Under the pieces are notes generated by a model, which saw only the letters and a program-made list of their open reading frames with translations, was not told the origin of the DNA and searched no databases. DNA of 63,612 nt, the filler included, from Octopus bimaculoides (Eukaryota), in assembly GCF_001194135.2 (NCBI RefSeq). It is 7 parts of 7 records of this genome, joined end to end, with 100 filler letters (N's around TTAATTAATTAA, not from the genome) between each part and the next. Parts side by side here need not be neighbours in the genome. Positions count along the whole stretch, not along the records: positions 37,578 to 51,445 come from NC_068996.1; positions 51,546 to 62,307 come from NC_068983.1; 5 more parts are not named here. One strand, given 5' to 3'. The position numbers were made by a program, and so were the translations under genes. This document shows, piece after piece, positions 48,642 through 61,353 of the stretch. Numbering within the stretch: position 1 is the first letter of the stretch; each line of letters starts with the position of its first letter.

Positions 48642-50017
48642 AACCTACGTGATCTCCTGGTCCACAGTTGCTTTCCTAACCCAACCTCCCAACCTGGCTC
48701 GATTTTCTGTTCCCGCCCACGCTGTCGCACTTACCCCTACCTCTGCAACACCACCATCTTTACAGGCATCCATCATCGTCCCTATGATATCACTGACTCC
48801 TTTACCTGCACTTCTAGCAACGTCATTTACGGCATCTTTCTGCTCTTCACTGTACATTTGGACGCCGCTTGGCTGACCGGTTCGTGGAGCACCTCCAAGA
48901 CATTAGACTCGGCAATGACACCTCGGTCTTGCGCCATTTCCGCTCTACCGGTCATTCATTACATCACCTGTCTGTGTTCGGATTGTCTTTGCACAGGGGC
49001 CATCCAGACTCCTGCCTTCACCGTGAACAGGATTTAAGCTTCTCACTTCGCTCCTTTGTTCCACATGGGCTCAACTCCTCTCCCCTCTTCATCTTGCGCC
49101 CCTCCTTTCCTCTCTTGTCCTGACACCTACCTCCTCGCTTCACTCCTATCCACCTTCTCCCTTCATTGATACCCCTCCGCCAACCCCCACTCCACTCATC
49201 CCACTCGTACATCTTCTACCCCTACCCTTACTCCACCCTCCACACCCCTCCACATCCTCACCCCTCCATATCCTCACCCCTCCACATCGTCACCCCTCCA
49301 CATCTTCACCCCTCCACATCNNNNNNNNNNNNNNNNNNNNNNNNNNNNNNNNNNNNNNNNNNNNNNNNNNNNNNNNNNNNNNNNNNNNNNNNNNNNNNNN
49401 NNNNNNNNNNNNNNNNNNNCCCCACATCCACACCTCCAAATCCTTACCCCCACATGCTAACCCCAAACCCACTTCCCACCCTCACATTCTTACATCCCCA
49501 CATCACCATACCACCACCACACCACCACACCACACCACACCATTCCACATCACTCCACACACACTAGCACTGACTACTTCCCACACCATTATCCACACAC
49601 CCACACATAACAGACACACACGCACGGGCTCACATACACACACGCACTCACATACGCACACGCACTCACATACACACACGCACTCACATACGCACACGCA
49701 CTCACATACACACACGCACTCACATACACACACGCACGCAAGCGCGCCTTCGTTTTGGGATCCCCAGTACTTTATTATCTCTCCTTTTTCCTAGCTCTCC
49801 TGTCCAACTAACTTTTGCCAACCAGTCGCCATGCTTGATCGCTAAATCCACAAGTTCTTTATTCTCACTCTGTTTATTTCCTCTTATTCCTTTCTGTTGA
49901 AGAGCATAAGCTCGAAACGTAAAAGACATTCTCCCTTTTCCAAGCATTAAACTAATACACCTGCTTGTCGTTCATATACCTGTCTTCGTCCTTTGTTTTT
50001 CTGTAAATTTCAACTGT
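48642..50017 (+). mobile_element. 3' part of a Penelope-like element: Cys-rich linker, GIY-YIG endonuclease and terminal pseudo-LTR
   Basis: NLRDLLVHS...FCSRPRCRTYPY...ITDSFTCTSSNVIYGI / CSSLYI / RRLADRFVEHLQDIR...RHFRSTGHSLHHLSVFGL...REQDLSFSLRSFVPHGLN (stop at 49121-49123). A pLTR-like block at ~49860-50017 carries a hammerhead-like motif. Confidence 0.85.
49628..49735. repeat. 18-bp minisatellite (CGCACTCACATACACACA), ~6 copies
   Basis: Directly visible. A 16-bp CCTCACCCCTCCACAT tandem also lies at ~49250-49320, and a ~24-bp CACACCCACAGCCAAACACA tandem at ~37290-37380. Confidence 0.85.
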
Positions 50018-50038
50018 ATATATATATATATATATATA

Positions 50039-51267
50039 CACAGACACGACAGAAGTAAGTAGATACCCTTATAATCGTTAAAATTTATTTTAATCTAAAA
50101 TTATACATTCAAATTATTTATTAATTATTATAATTTGAATATCTAATATTTAGTAGACATAGCCTTCGAAGTTTTCAATGCAAATATCCTATTAGGCATG
50201 CTACTGATCAGATGACGAATATTCTCTTGAGGAATTTCTTACCAAGTTTCATTCAGGAATCTCAAATGATCTGGCTTTGAGGATGTTTTCTTGTTCTTTT
50301 TACGAAGTGTCCTGTCCATTATACCTCAGAGGTGTTCAATAGGGTTCATATCTGGTGACTGGCTTGGCCACATAATTTTTTAAAATTCAATTCTCTTCCA
50401 GCCAATCTTGGGTCTTTTTAGCTATGTGACAAGGGGTCCCATCATCCATAAATAAAGAGCCTTTTTTAATTATTTCACCATTGCAGAAGATTGGAAGGAG
50501 TCCTTTCTTTAATATAGACACCTATTTATCTTAGTTTATGTTTCCATCACATTCCACCAGCACCAGCTATTGCGTCAAATCGCTGCCCAAACCATCACAG
50601 AATAGTTGCCGTGTTTCATTATTAGCAGCAATCTTTTCACATTAAATTCTTGATCACAGAGTCTCCAGACTCACACTCGACCACTCTCAGGAAATACAGC
50701 AAATCTGGACGCATCAGAGAATATGAGTGTCCCAAAATGCTAGTGGTTTCTCATTGGCCCAATCTATTCTCCGCTTGATATTGGCTGGTCGAAGATGTTG
50801 CTTCCATCTTACAGCACTGCTACAGTGACCAAGTTTTTGGAGATACATGACAGCTGTTCTAGGACTGACATCACATTGTTCGGCTATGTCAGAGGCCTTG
50901 TAATGTAGATTATCTTCCACACATCTCTTAACAAAGCGATGAGTCCTGTCAGAGGGCCCTGGACAACCTGGGTGAGGTGAATTAGATTCTCTGGTGAATT
51001 GCATTATCACTCTATTAACTGTAGAAAGCGGCATCCCAAAGTGCCCTGCGATTTTACACTAATTAAGTTCACCTTCAGATTGACCCAAAATATGGCCTCT
51101 TTGAAATTCGAACTGTTCCAAGGTTCATTTTGTAAGTGGCATGATTAAACAGTTACATATAGAAACTGAAAAATATAAATGTAAATTAATGAAAAATGTA
51201 AACTTTTTTCAAGTTAAACATTAAACAATGTTTTATGAAGTATCTATTTACTTCTGTCATATCTGTG
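50039..51267 (-). mobile_element. Full-length decayed Tc1-like (DD34E) transposon
   Basis: 28-bp TIRs CACAGA(C/T)A(C/T)GACAGAAGTAA(G/A)TAGATAC at 50039-50066 and 51240-51267, flanked by TA. Motifs MPLSTVNRVIMQF, DGTPCHIAKKTQDWL and WPSQSPDMNPIEHL. Confidence 0.88.
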
Positions 51268-51393
51268 TGTATATATACACATGTATATAAATACATACGT
51301 ACGTACATACATACATACATACATACATACATACATACATACATACATAATATATACCTAATACATACATATATCATATATCATATATCATAT

Positions 51394-51435
<42 letters not shown>

Positions 51436-52784
51436 AATATATATANNNNNNNNNNNNNNNNNNNNNNNNNNNNNNNNNNNNNNNNNNNNTTAATTAATTA
51501 ANNNNNNNNNNNNNNNNNNNNNNNNNNNNNNNNNNNNNNNNNNNNATATATATATATATATATATATATATATACGACGGGCTTCTTTCAGTTTCTGTCT
51601 ACCAAATCCACTCACAAGGCTTTGGTCGGTCTGAGGCTATAGTAGAAGACACTTGCCCAAGGTGTCACGCAGTGGGAATGAACCTGGAACCATGTGGTTG
51701 GTAAGCAAGCTACTTACCACACAGCCACTCTTGTTTATGAAATACGATGAAGTTTAGTTTTAGGTCGGCAAGACATCTATTGATAATAACGCATTGTTTA
51801 TAATCTACATCGGACAAAGAATTATGAAAATTCTATTATGACATAAGCGGAATCTGATCAATGAACAACTGAATATGCTGTAGCTCGTTGCCTTTGATCT
51901 GCATATCTATAGCTGATGTGAATTCTGTTATCAGGATCCACATCAGCCTGCTACAGTTTCTGATTATTCAAAGCTGAATGCATGGTCGTGTATTTAAGGA
52001 TTTCGTTTCGCAATTTCATGGATTCAGGTACGGTCCTCATCGCTTGGTACCTGACGGTTTGGAAGAAGACACTAGGTTCCTATTAGCATAGACCCAAGTG
52101 GACCAAAGTCTTGTAAAATAAAATTTGGCAAAAGGAAACTGTACGGATACCCGCCGGAGAAATCGTTCCTGCTCCTGGGTGGTAAGATCCCTCCGCAGCC
52201 TGGTTTAATACAACCATTCTACTTGAGCACCGGGTTTCTTTAGCGAAGTCCACTTTGTTGCATTCATTCCGGTTAAGGTCTTCAGTTTAACAATAAATCT
52301 GTCCCTTCGTCTTATAAATCTTCGAGTCACTAATAAAAATCAGAGCCTTGTCCACCTTACTCTGATTGAGCAACTAAAAAAAAAAAAAACAGTTTCTACA
52401 ATGTAGAATATTGTAAAGCATAATCTGGAATTTTCCACCTTGCGAGCATTGTCCTTTAGCAACATCTATAAATCACTTTCTAAGTTTTTCTCGTACCTTG
52501 TACACATGCGCAAAGGAAGTGGAAACATTCCCACTTATCTAGTCTACAAAAGAAAGACTGTGTTAACGAACAGGGGCGTTATGGCGTCAAGACAAAACAT
52601 TGAGATTGTTTATAAGATATTTAGTTACAGCAGCTATTCAGTTACAGACAAACAAAAATGCATTTTTGTTTGTCTTAATAACTGACAAGATGCCGGAGCA
52701 GATTTCCGCCCCGACATCCGAATCTCGAAGTTTTATTATGGCAACCGAATAATTGTCACATATTATATTACAGATATATATATA

Positions 52785-53021
52785 CAGTGATCCATCGCCA
52801 TATCGCGGTTCACCTATCGCGGTTCACCTACTGCGGTTTGTTATTTAAGCTTACGCCGATTCCTCCGCGGTGCTGTTTTGCATTTATAATCAAATAAATA
52901 TATACAAATTATAAAAATAATAAAAAGTATATACAGTACAGTTCTGTTTCTATTTCGCGGGTTTTTACCTATCTCGAGGGGGTTTTGGAACGTAACACAA
53001 GTAATAGTCGAGGGATTACTC
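52785..53021. mobile_element. Tigger/pogo-like MITE
   Basis: TA-CAGTGATCCATCGCCATATCGCGG at the left end and GTCGAGGGATTACT at the right end (reverse complement AGTAATCCCTCGAC). These resemble Tigger-type CAGTAATCCCTCG termini. Confidence 0.55.
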
Positions 53022-53034
53022 CATATAGATAGAT

Positions 53035-53083
<49 letters not shown>

Positions 53084-53991
53084 CAGACAGGTAGGTAGGT
53101 AGATAGATTGATAGATAGGTAGATAGGTAGATAGATAGATATATGGATATTTATGTATCTAGCTTCATGTAAAATATATAATTTACATAGATAGATACTT
53201 ATATATACAGATATTTACATTCATACATACATACATACATACATACATANNNNNNNNNNNNNNNNNNNNNNNNNNNNNNNNNNNNNNNNNNNNNNNNNNN
53301 NNNNNAGAGAGAGAGAGAGCGAGAAAGAAAGATAGAGAGAGGAGGCCATTGAGAGCAGGAGATTAGGAGAAAGGGAGAAGGTGAGAAAAAGAGGACGGGA
53401 GATTGACAAAGAGTTTGAATCTTATCGAAAGATCGACTGAGAGTGACATGAATTTTTATGAAGGTGTAAAAGTAGAATAATTTCAAAATTTTCTTGCACA
53501 CACATAAATCGATTCTTAAATGAACAGTCAAAGCAGGATAGTCTTTGAAAGGTGCAATTACTCACTTGGAATACGTGACTGAATATATAAAGACAGCTAA
53601 ATAATAATGATGCATCGTCATAACCGCGTGTCGTGTATGTATGTCTGCATGTACATATATATATATATATGTGTGTTAGTATTTATGCATTTGTACGTAT
53701 ATGTATTTGAGTGTGTCCATATACATATATATATATATATGTACGTATGTACGAGTGTGTATAGATGTATATGTGTGTGGGTGTATGAAGAGATAATGAT
53801 AGTACAAGAATATTAAAAGAATGGTTAGGATATAATGCAGTTAAAGCGCTAATCTTTTGACCTGGCAAAAGACATTGCATTAAACATTAGCGCAATGCAG
53901 ATAGTGTATCGATGGCACTTGGTAATGTAGCCTCAAAAGAATCTTATATCCAAAATAAAACCGCAGCCAGTGAATATGTGCGTCTATATGT

Positions 53992-54036
<45 letters not shown>

Positions 54037-54933
54037 NNNNNNNNNNNNNNNNNNNNNNNNNNNNNNNNNNNNNNNNNNNNNNNNNNNNNNNNNNNNNNNN
54101 NNNNNNNNNNNNNNNNNNNNNNNNNNNNNNNNNNNNNNNNNNNNNNNNNNNNNNNNNNNNNNNNNNNNNNNNNNNNNNNNNNNNNNNNNNNNNNNNNNNN
54201 NNNNNNNNNNNNNNNNNNNNNNNNNNNNNNNNNNNNNNNNNNNNNNNNNNNNNNNNNNNNNNNNNNNNNNNNNNNNNNNNNNNNNNNNNNNNNNNNNNNN
54301 NNNNNNNNNNNNNNNNNNNNNNNNNNNNNNNNNNNNNNNNNNNNNNNNNNNNNNNNNNNNNNNNNNNNNNNNNNNNNNNNNNNNNNNNNNNNNNNNNNNN
54401 NNNNNNNNNNNNNNNNNNNNNNNNNNNNNNNNNNNNNNNNNNNNNNNNNNNNNNNNNNNNNNNNNNNNNNNNNNNNNNNNNNNNNNNNNNNNNNNNNNNN
54501 NNNNNNNNNNNNNNNNNNNNNNNNNNNNNNNNNNNNNNNNNNNNNNNNNNNNNNNNNNNNNNNNNNNNNNNNNNNNNNNNNNNNNNNNNNNNNNNNNNNN
54601 NNNNNNNNNNNNNNNNNNNNNNNNNNNNNNNNNNNNNNNNNNNNNNNNNNNNNNNNNNNNNNNNNNNNNNNNNNNNNNNNNNNNNNNNNNNNNNNNNNNN
54701 NNNNNNNNNNNNNNNNNNNNNNNNNNNNNNNNNNNNNNNNNNNNNNNNNNNNNNNNNNNNNNNNNNNNNNNNNNNNNNNNNNNNNNNNNNNNNNNNNNNN
54801 NNNNNNNNNNNNNNNNNNNNNNNNNNNNNNNNNNNNNNNNNNNNNNNNNNNNNNNNNNNNNNNNNNNNNNNNNNNNNNNNNNNNNNNNNNNNNNNNNNNN
54901 NNNNNNNNNNNNNNNNNNNNNNNNNNNNNNNNN

Positions 54934-54964
<31 letters not shown>

Positions 54965-55089
54965 TATGTATGTATATATGTGTGTGTGTATTTATATATA
55001 CACATATTATATATATACATATATATATATGTTTTACATATTTTTACTGTTCCACTTATACATTGTATTTTAACGTATGTTAGCTTTCT

Positions 55090-55450
55090 TTTCTTTTACT
55101 TGTTTCAGCTATTAGTCTGCAGTCATACTGGGGCACCGCCTTGAATTATGAATCGACCCCAGTACTTGCCTTTTCAAATGCTGGAACTTCTTCTATCGGT
55201 GTCTTTTGTGGAAGCACTCGGTTACGGGGACATAAACATACCAGCACCGGTTTTCAAGCGGTGGTGGGTAACAACACGGACAGAAACACATACGCACACA
55301 TTTAAATATACATACACACACGCACACACATACACGCATATACACACGTACATATGTATATGTGCGACGGGCTTCTTTCAGTTTCCGTCCACCAAATCTG
55401 CTCACAAGGCTTTGGTTGGCCCGAGACTATAGCAGGAGACAGTTACCCCA
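55090..55450 (-). mobile_element. Bipartite A+B SINE copy (5'-truncated)
   Basis: Same structure, reverse orientation. Confidence 0.7.
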
Positions 55451-58209
55451 GGAAACACACACCTAGTGCCAGGATCGGTACCGCGCCGAGAAAATTGCTT
55501 TGCAACATTTCTTCCGGGTTTATGTTCTGGATTCAAATAGTGCCGGGGTCAACTGTGCCTATCAACCTTTCAGGGGTCGATAAATTAAGTACCAGTTGAA
55601 CACTGAATGTAATCGTCTTATCCCTCCCTGGAAATTACTGGCCTTATGCCAAAATTTGAAACTAATATATAACTAATATTGTCTTGGGGGTCGCCTTGAA
55701 AACGTTGTGCTTAGTTGTATTTCCGGATTTATAAATTTCAATATTTTCTATATCTAAGGCAAAATCGTTAGCACGCTGGGCGGAATTCTTCGCAGTATTT
55801 CGTCTGCCGCTATGTTCTGAGTTCAGATTCCGACTTTGCCTTTCATCCTTTCGAGGTCGATTAAATAAGTACCAGTTACGCACTGGGTCGATATAAAACA
55901 AAAACGACTTAATCCGTCTGTCTGTCCTTGTTTGTCCCCTGTGTGTGTAGCCCCTTGTGGGCAGTAAAGAAATAAGAATCGTTAGTACGCCGGACGAAAT
56001 GCTTAGCGGTATTTCGTCTGTCTTCGTGTTCTGAGTTCAAATTCCGCCGAGGTCGACTTTGCCTTTCATCTTTTCAGGGTCGATAAATTAAGTACCAGTT
56101 GCGCACTGGGTCGACGTAATCGACTAGTCCCCCACCCATCCAATTTTAGTCCTTGCGCCTTTAGTTGAAAGGATATTTTCTATATCTGTGTGGACACAAG
56201 AGAAACAATTGTCGGCTTTGTGAGGGGAATTCTACAAACTGTTAACTGAAACGTACCTCTTCATTCCTAATACGTTCTAGCAGTTTCGAAAGTGTTCTTT
56301 GTACATCATCGGAAAACGCCTTTTCCCTATAAAAGTCTTTGTAAGGGAACTTTGAGACACTGCATTGTTTCGACATAGTTGTGTATCCTCAATCGAAGCT
56401 ACTCCACCGAAGGGATGTACAAGAGCACAAGCTCTCGTTTATAGGAATCAGAAAATAAATTATTAGTTGATACGTGCCAGTTTCTGCCAAACATAATAAT
56501 TTAAAGGTTGCGCTCAGAACAGCGAGAATCCAAGCAATAAATACGTTCTTAATACGTTCCGAAAGATAATATATTTGCTTATAGGAAGTCTTGACGCTGT
56601 AAGCATTTTTGCCGTAGAAAAATTTGCTGTAAGAAATTTCATTTTAAATGGCTTCACGCTTTTTTAATGTTTGACGATGACTAAAGACTTGTATTTTTAA
56701 TGTTTTTATAAAACCTTTTGTCATTCTTTACTCTTTTATTTTAGAAAATTCTAATATTTTATTCCTTATCATTGGCCATACGGAAAATTTGTCTTACGGC
56801 AAATTTCCGGGACACGAATGTATTTATTGATTCCTATAAACAAGAGCTCTTGCATTTGTAAGATTCATTCGCCTGGTACTGAATCGAATGCCTTTCTGGA
56901 CTGATGAAATAAAATAGAAGTCAAGTACTAAGACCAGTTTACTTGGCCTTAGTACATGACTATACTTGACTGTACAGCACTAGGACCAATTTACTTGGCC
57001 CTTGTACTTGACCATACAGAATGTCAAAAAATTTATAACCTGTTAAATATTTTTATCTACGTCTAGAAATCTGTTTTGAAACATTTCAATTTAGCTTTCT
57101 TTTTACTTGAAACAATTGATACCTCTCACTAGCAATATTTTCATTGTGTCGCTTGGAATATATCATGTGCGATAAAGAAGAGTGGGTTACCTCTGCAACA
57201 AGACAGAAACTTTAAACCATGCTAATCACTTTAATTTAGATTAGAAATATCCTTGAATACTTTAAATATTATTTCATTTGAGTGAGTTCATCTTCAAAAA
57301 GGGATTTATCTTATGTCAGCTTCCTGAAACACTTTGATTCGCCGTCTTTCAAAAGAGGTCCGAATTTACGATGTTTTGGAGGAGAGGAGTTAACATTCAA
57401 TTACCCAAGTCTTAGAAGGATAAAAAGCAAAGTCAACGAGATTTGAACTCAGAACTTAAATAACCGTAGCTAAATTATGGCTTTCTCCATCGGTTTCGAT
57501 GCATTAGTTTCAAGTTTTTTAGTCAACTAAAAGATATATTCATTGAATTGGCACTAAACGTAGATGAGGTGAATGAACATAACACTACAACCACTGTTAA
57601 TTTCATAGTGCTACCACTGCTTATTTTACCATCTAAGAGAAGGAGATGTTGGATAATGTAGGCCTGGATTCCCTGCATAAAGGGGAAAAGACGGGATAGT
57701 TACAGACTGACAACCTTTTATTAGGTCTGCGCTGTTAGGACTGGCCCTAATCAGCAACGATGGCCAGCTCATGAGGGGCTGCCAACCAGCTAAAGTGTTC
57801 CAAGCTAATGTCTTAAGAATACTCAGCCACTTTTAATGCTAGTTCAAAATATATATCTTTTAGTTGTCCAAACAAGTGGAAACTCATGCATCGAAACCAA
57901 CGGAGAGGGCCATCATTTAGTTACGGTTATTTAAGTTCTGAGTTCAAATCTCATTGACTTTGAATTTTATCCTTCTAAACCTCGGGTAATTGAATTTTAA
58001 CTCCTTTCCTCCAAAACATCGGGAATTCGGACCTGTTTTTGAAAGACGGCGAATCAAAAGGATAGTTTTTAGGCAGTGACTCGGCTTACAAGACATAAGA
58101 ACAAAAGGTTCCTCCGAAAAATCTCTGCAGTAACGTTACTCGATAGAGAGTCTCTCCTGGTCGAGTCACTACTTCTCTGCATAGATAGATCAGAATAGAT
58201 CCAGTACAA

Positions 58210-58400
58210 AGAACTTGTGGTTAGAATGTCGTAGGAAAGAATCGCAAGACGGGTTCTTCAAGCCGAACCAACCGGTGGGAAATAGAGAGGGGTAGACCAA
58301 GAACGAAGTGGTTGGATAATACCCATCGTCTCAGATGGCCACGCTTGGGAATCCAGCCAGAAAGTGTAATGACGGTTTGCTTCTGATAGGACAATATGGA
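58210..58400 (+). mobile_element. RTE LINE 3' coding fragment
   Basis: VVRMS*ERIARRVLQAEPTG..RGRPRTKWLDNTHRLRWPRLGIQPE contains the RTE C-terminal RGRPRTRW motif. Confidence 0.7.
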
Positions 58401-58471
58401 GGAGGTGACAGAGGACTCTACCTCCACATCTCTCCTACGAATAGTGAGCGGAGAGAATGGATAAATAGACG

Positions 58472-58858
58472 TTGTTGTTGGCACTCCGTCGCTTACGACG
58501 TCGAGGGTTCCAGTTGATCCGATCAACGGAACAGCCTGCTCGTGAAATTAACGTGCATGTGGCTGAGCACTCCACAGACACGTGTACCCTTAACGTAGTT
58601 CTTGGGGATATTCAGCGTGACACAGTGTGACAAGACTGACCCTTTGAATTACAGGCACAACAGAAACAGGAAGTAAGAGTGAGAGAATGTTGTGGTGAAA
58701 GAGTACAGCAGGGTTCGCCACCATCCCCTCCCGGAGCCTCGTGGAGCTTTTTATGTGTTTTCGCTCAGTAAACACACACAACGCTCGGTCTGGGAATCGA
58801 AACCGCGATCCTATGACCGCGAGTCCGCTGCTCTAACCACTGGGCCATTGCGCCTCCA
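58472..58858 (-). mobile_element. Full-length tRNA-derived SINE (family D, (AAC)n tail) with a 13-bp TSD
   Basis: Head TGGAGGCGCAATGGCCCAGTGGTTAGAGCAGCGG...GGTTTCGATTCCC; tail GGAGTGCCAACAACAAC; TSD GGATAAATAGACG at 58459-58471 and 58859-58871. Confidence 0.9.
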
Positions 58859-59604
58859 GGATAAATAGACGGTACCACGTATAACATATGACTGACTTTA
58901 GACAAAATAAAAGGAAATATTTGAAAATGTAACCACAGAAAGACGGTCGCGGTTGGAACACTCTCAATTGTTGGTCTACGGGCTCAGAGTGACATGGGAT
59001 TCAACATCAACGTTGGGTTTATTTGGCATTCACTTTCTATCGTTCATCAGTTTTCTATAACGTGAAGAGTTATTATGCAATCCATTATTTCTAACATCTT
59101 TTCTCTCGTTTATAAGCATAATGTTTAAGATCGAAGTGGTCTCTTCATTTATAAAAGAAATCGACAAACAGATGTATCACAATAAATCCGATATAACACA
59201 TTCATTTCTGTAGAATTTGCGAGTTACAAACACTGCAATGAGTTGTTTAGAAGCAAAAAACACGGTTTGTAGGTTTTTGTTTGGTTTCTTCGACAACAGA
59301 AATGTTATAATTTGTCAGTGTCCACCATTATCAAACCAAGTATAATGTAAAGCTTTTAGTGTGTGTAACTTAGCGTCGCGCAGGGACCCGTAGTGTTCAA
59401 TATTTGATCACTGATAGGTAACCATAATCTACGGTCTTTCAGATCGATGTAATCACATAGAAATTTATATTAATTTACGGAACAAAAAATTCCCAAGAAA
59501 TCGCTTGCTTTCGTTGTTTTTGTTGTTTGCCAAAGTCATTCCTGATCGACTGAGTCTATGATCAAAGACATTCTAGCCATGACTCTCTGTATTTTTCATC
59601 TTTT

Positions 59605-60035
59605 TATCTTTTACTTGTTTCGGCCATTCGACTGCGGCCATGCTGGGGCACTGGGTTGAAGGGTTTAGTTGAACAGATCAACCCTGGTATATTTTGAGTT
59701 TTGTTTTGTGTTTTTTTTTAACAGCTAGTTCTTATCTTATAGGCAACTTTTACCGAACCGCTAAGTTACGGGTACGTAAACAAACCAAAACCGGTTGTAA
59801 AGCGGTATCGAAAAATAAATACAAACACAAATACACACAAACGCACAAACACATACACACTCACCTATACACATATGTATGTGCACATGATGAGCTTCCA
59901 CACAGTTTCCGTCTACCAAAATTCACTCACACGGTGGTGGTCGGCTCGAGGCTATAGATGAAGACACTTGCCTAACATGCTACCGTGCAATGTGACTGAA
60001 CCCGAAACCATATGGTCGTAAAGCGAGCTCTTAAC
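59605..60035 (-). mobile_element. Diverged bipartite A+B SINE copy
   Basis: Same structure, reverse orientation. Confidence 0.7.
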
Positions 60036-60220
60036 TATATTCAGACATTATTTCGCATATCCCATCTTATAGGTACCACTTTATCCAATGTCAGCTTTTC
60101 TAGGACATTAGGGTGTAATTTATGAGAGATATAACTGCCATTTCTAGCAGCTCGAACTGCCACTTAGAGGCGTCCTCGTTTCATTTTCTTTTTTGTTGAA
60201 AATGATGGTATATTGAATAT

Positions 60221-60458
60221 TTATTTCTTTATTGCCCACAGGGGGATAAACATAGAGGGGACAAACAAGGATAGACAAGGGGATTAAGTCGATTACATCG
60301 ACCCCAGTGCGTAACTGGTACTTATTTAATCGACCCCCCCGAAAGGATAAAAGGCAAAGTCGACCTCGGTGGAATTTGAACTCAGAACGTAACGGTAGAC
60401 GATATAACGCTAAGCATTTCGCCCGGCGCGCTAACGATTCTGCCAAGCTCGCCGCCCC
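60221..60458 (-). mobile_element. tRNA-derived SINE (family C) with a 19-bp target-site duplication
   Basis: Head GGCGGCGAGCTTGGCAGAATCGTTAG...GAGTTCAAATTCC; TSD ATGATGGTATATTGAATAT at 60202-60220 and 60459-60477. Other family C copies lie at ~3368-3590, 10920-11050, 20040-20240, 27140-27345, 27552-27770, 32820-33035, 33225-33395, 35320-35520, 55765-56175 and 61735-61930. Confidence 0.88.
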
Positions 60459-60696
60459 ATGATGGTATATTGAATATCGATGTTGAAGCGGAACAAGAAT
60501 TATATAGCTTTTTCCTTTGATTCTCCCGCTGTTTATCTTAGTAGTTCTGCTCCTAATCAGTTAATTACTACATAAATGTCTTGTCTTCTTTAATCAAGTC
60601 ATACCTATTATATTCCGACTTCCAAACTCCACTCTAAAGACTCTCGTGTCAGAAATTTAATTATAATATATCTGCTGTCATAGAAACCAAATACCA

Positions 60697-60870
60697 CGAA
60701 CTTGTGTTTAGAATGTCGCAGGAAAGACTCACAAGACGGATTCTTCAAGTCGAGTCAACTGGCAGGAGACTTATGGGATAGACCAAGAGCGAGATGGTTG
60801 GATAACACCCATAACCTCAGTTTGTCACGCTTGGGAATCTAACCAGTAAGTCTAATGACGGTTGATTCTG
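60697..60870 (+). mobile_element. Second RTE LINE 3' coding fragment related to 58210-58400
   Basis: VFRMSQERLTRRILQVESTGRRL..RPRARWLDNTHNLSLSRLGI. Confidence 0.68.
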
Positions 60871-60971
60871 GTAGAACCCTAAGGGGTGGGGTATCGGTGG
60901 AACCTGCCTCCACATCTCTCCCACAAAAGGCGAGCAGAAAAAATGGATGGAATGGATGGTATATTACATAT

Positions 60972-61353
60972 TCTTTTATTTGTCTGTCATATGGCTGCGG
61001 CCATGCTGAAGCACCGCCTTTAGTCGAGCAAATCGACCCCAGGACTTATTTTTTGTAAGCCTAGTACTTATTCCATCGGTCTCTTTTGCCGAACTGCTAA
61101 TTTACGGAGACGTAAACACACCAGCATCGGTTATCAAGTGATGTCGGGGGGACAAACACAGACACACAGTCATATACATACATATGTATCTATACCACTG
61201 GTTTCTTTCAGTTTCCGTCTACCAAATCCGCTCACAAGGTTTTGGTCGGCCCGAGGCTATAGTATAAGACATTTGCTCAAGGTTCCACATAGTGGGACTG
61301 AACCTGGAACCATGTGGCTGGGGAGCAAGCTACTTACCATACAGCCGCTCCTG
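60972..61353 (-). mobile_element. Bipartite A+B SINE copy
   Basis: Same structure, reverse orientation. Confidence 0.8.

Noticed and set aside
52690-52765. CDNYSV on the minus strand resembling the glyoxalase II DNYxY motif
   Set aside because: No acceptor, and the flanking residues do not fit the family.
56590-56815. Loose inverted and tandem TTGCCGTAAG-like repeats suggesting a MITE
   Set aside because: Too degenerate to define termini or a TSD by eye.
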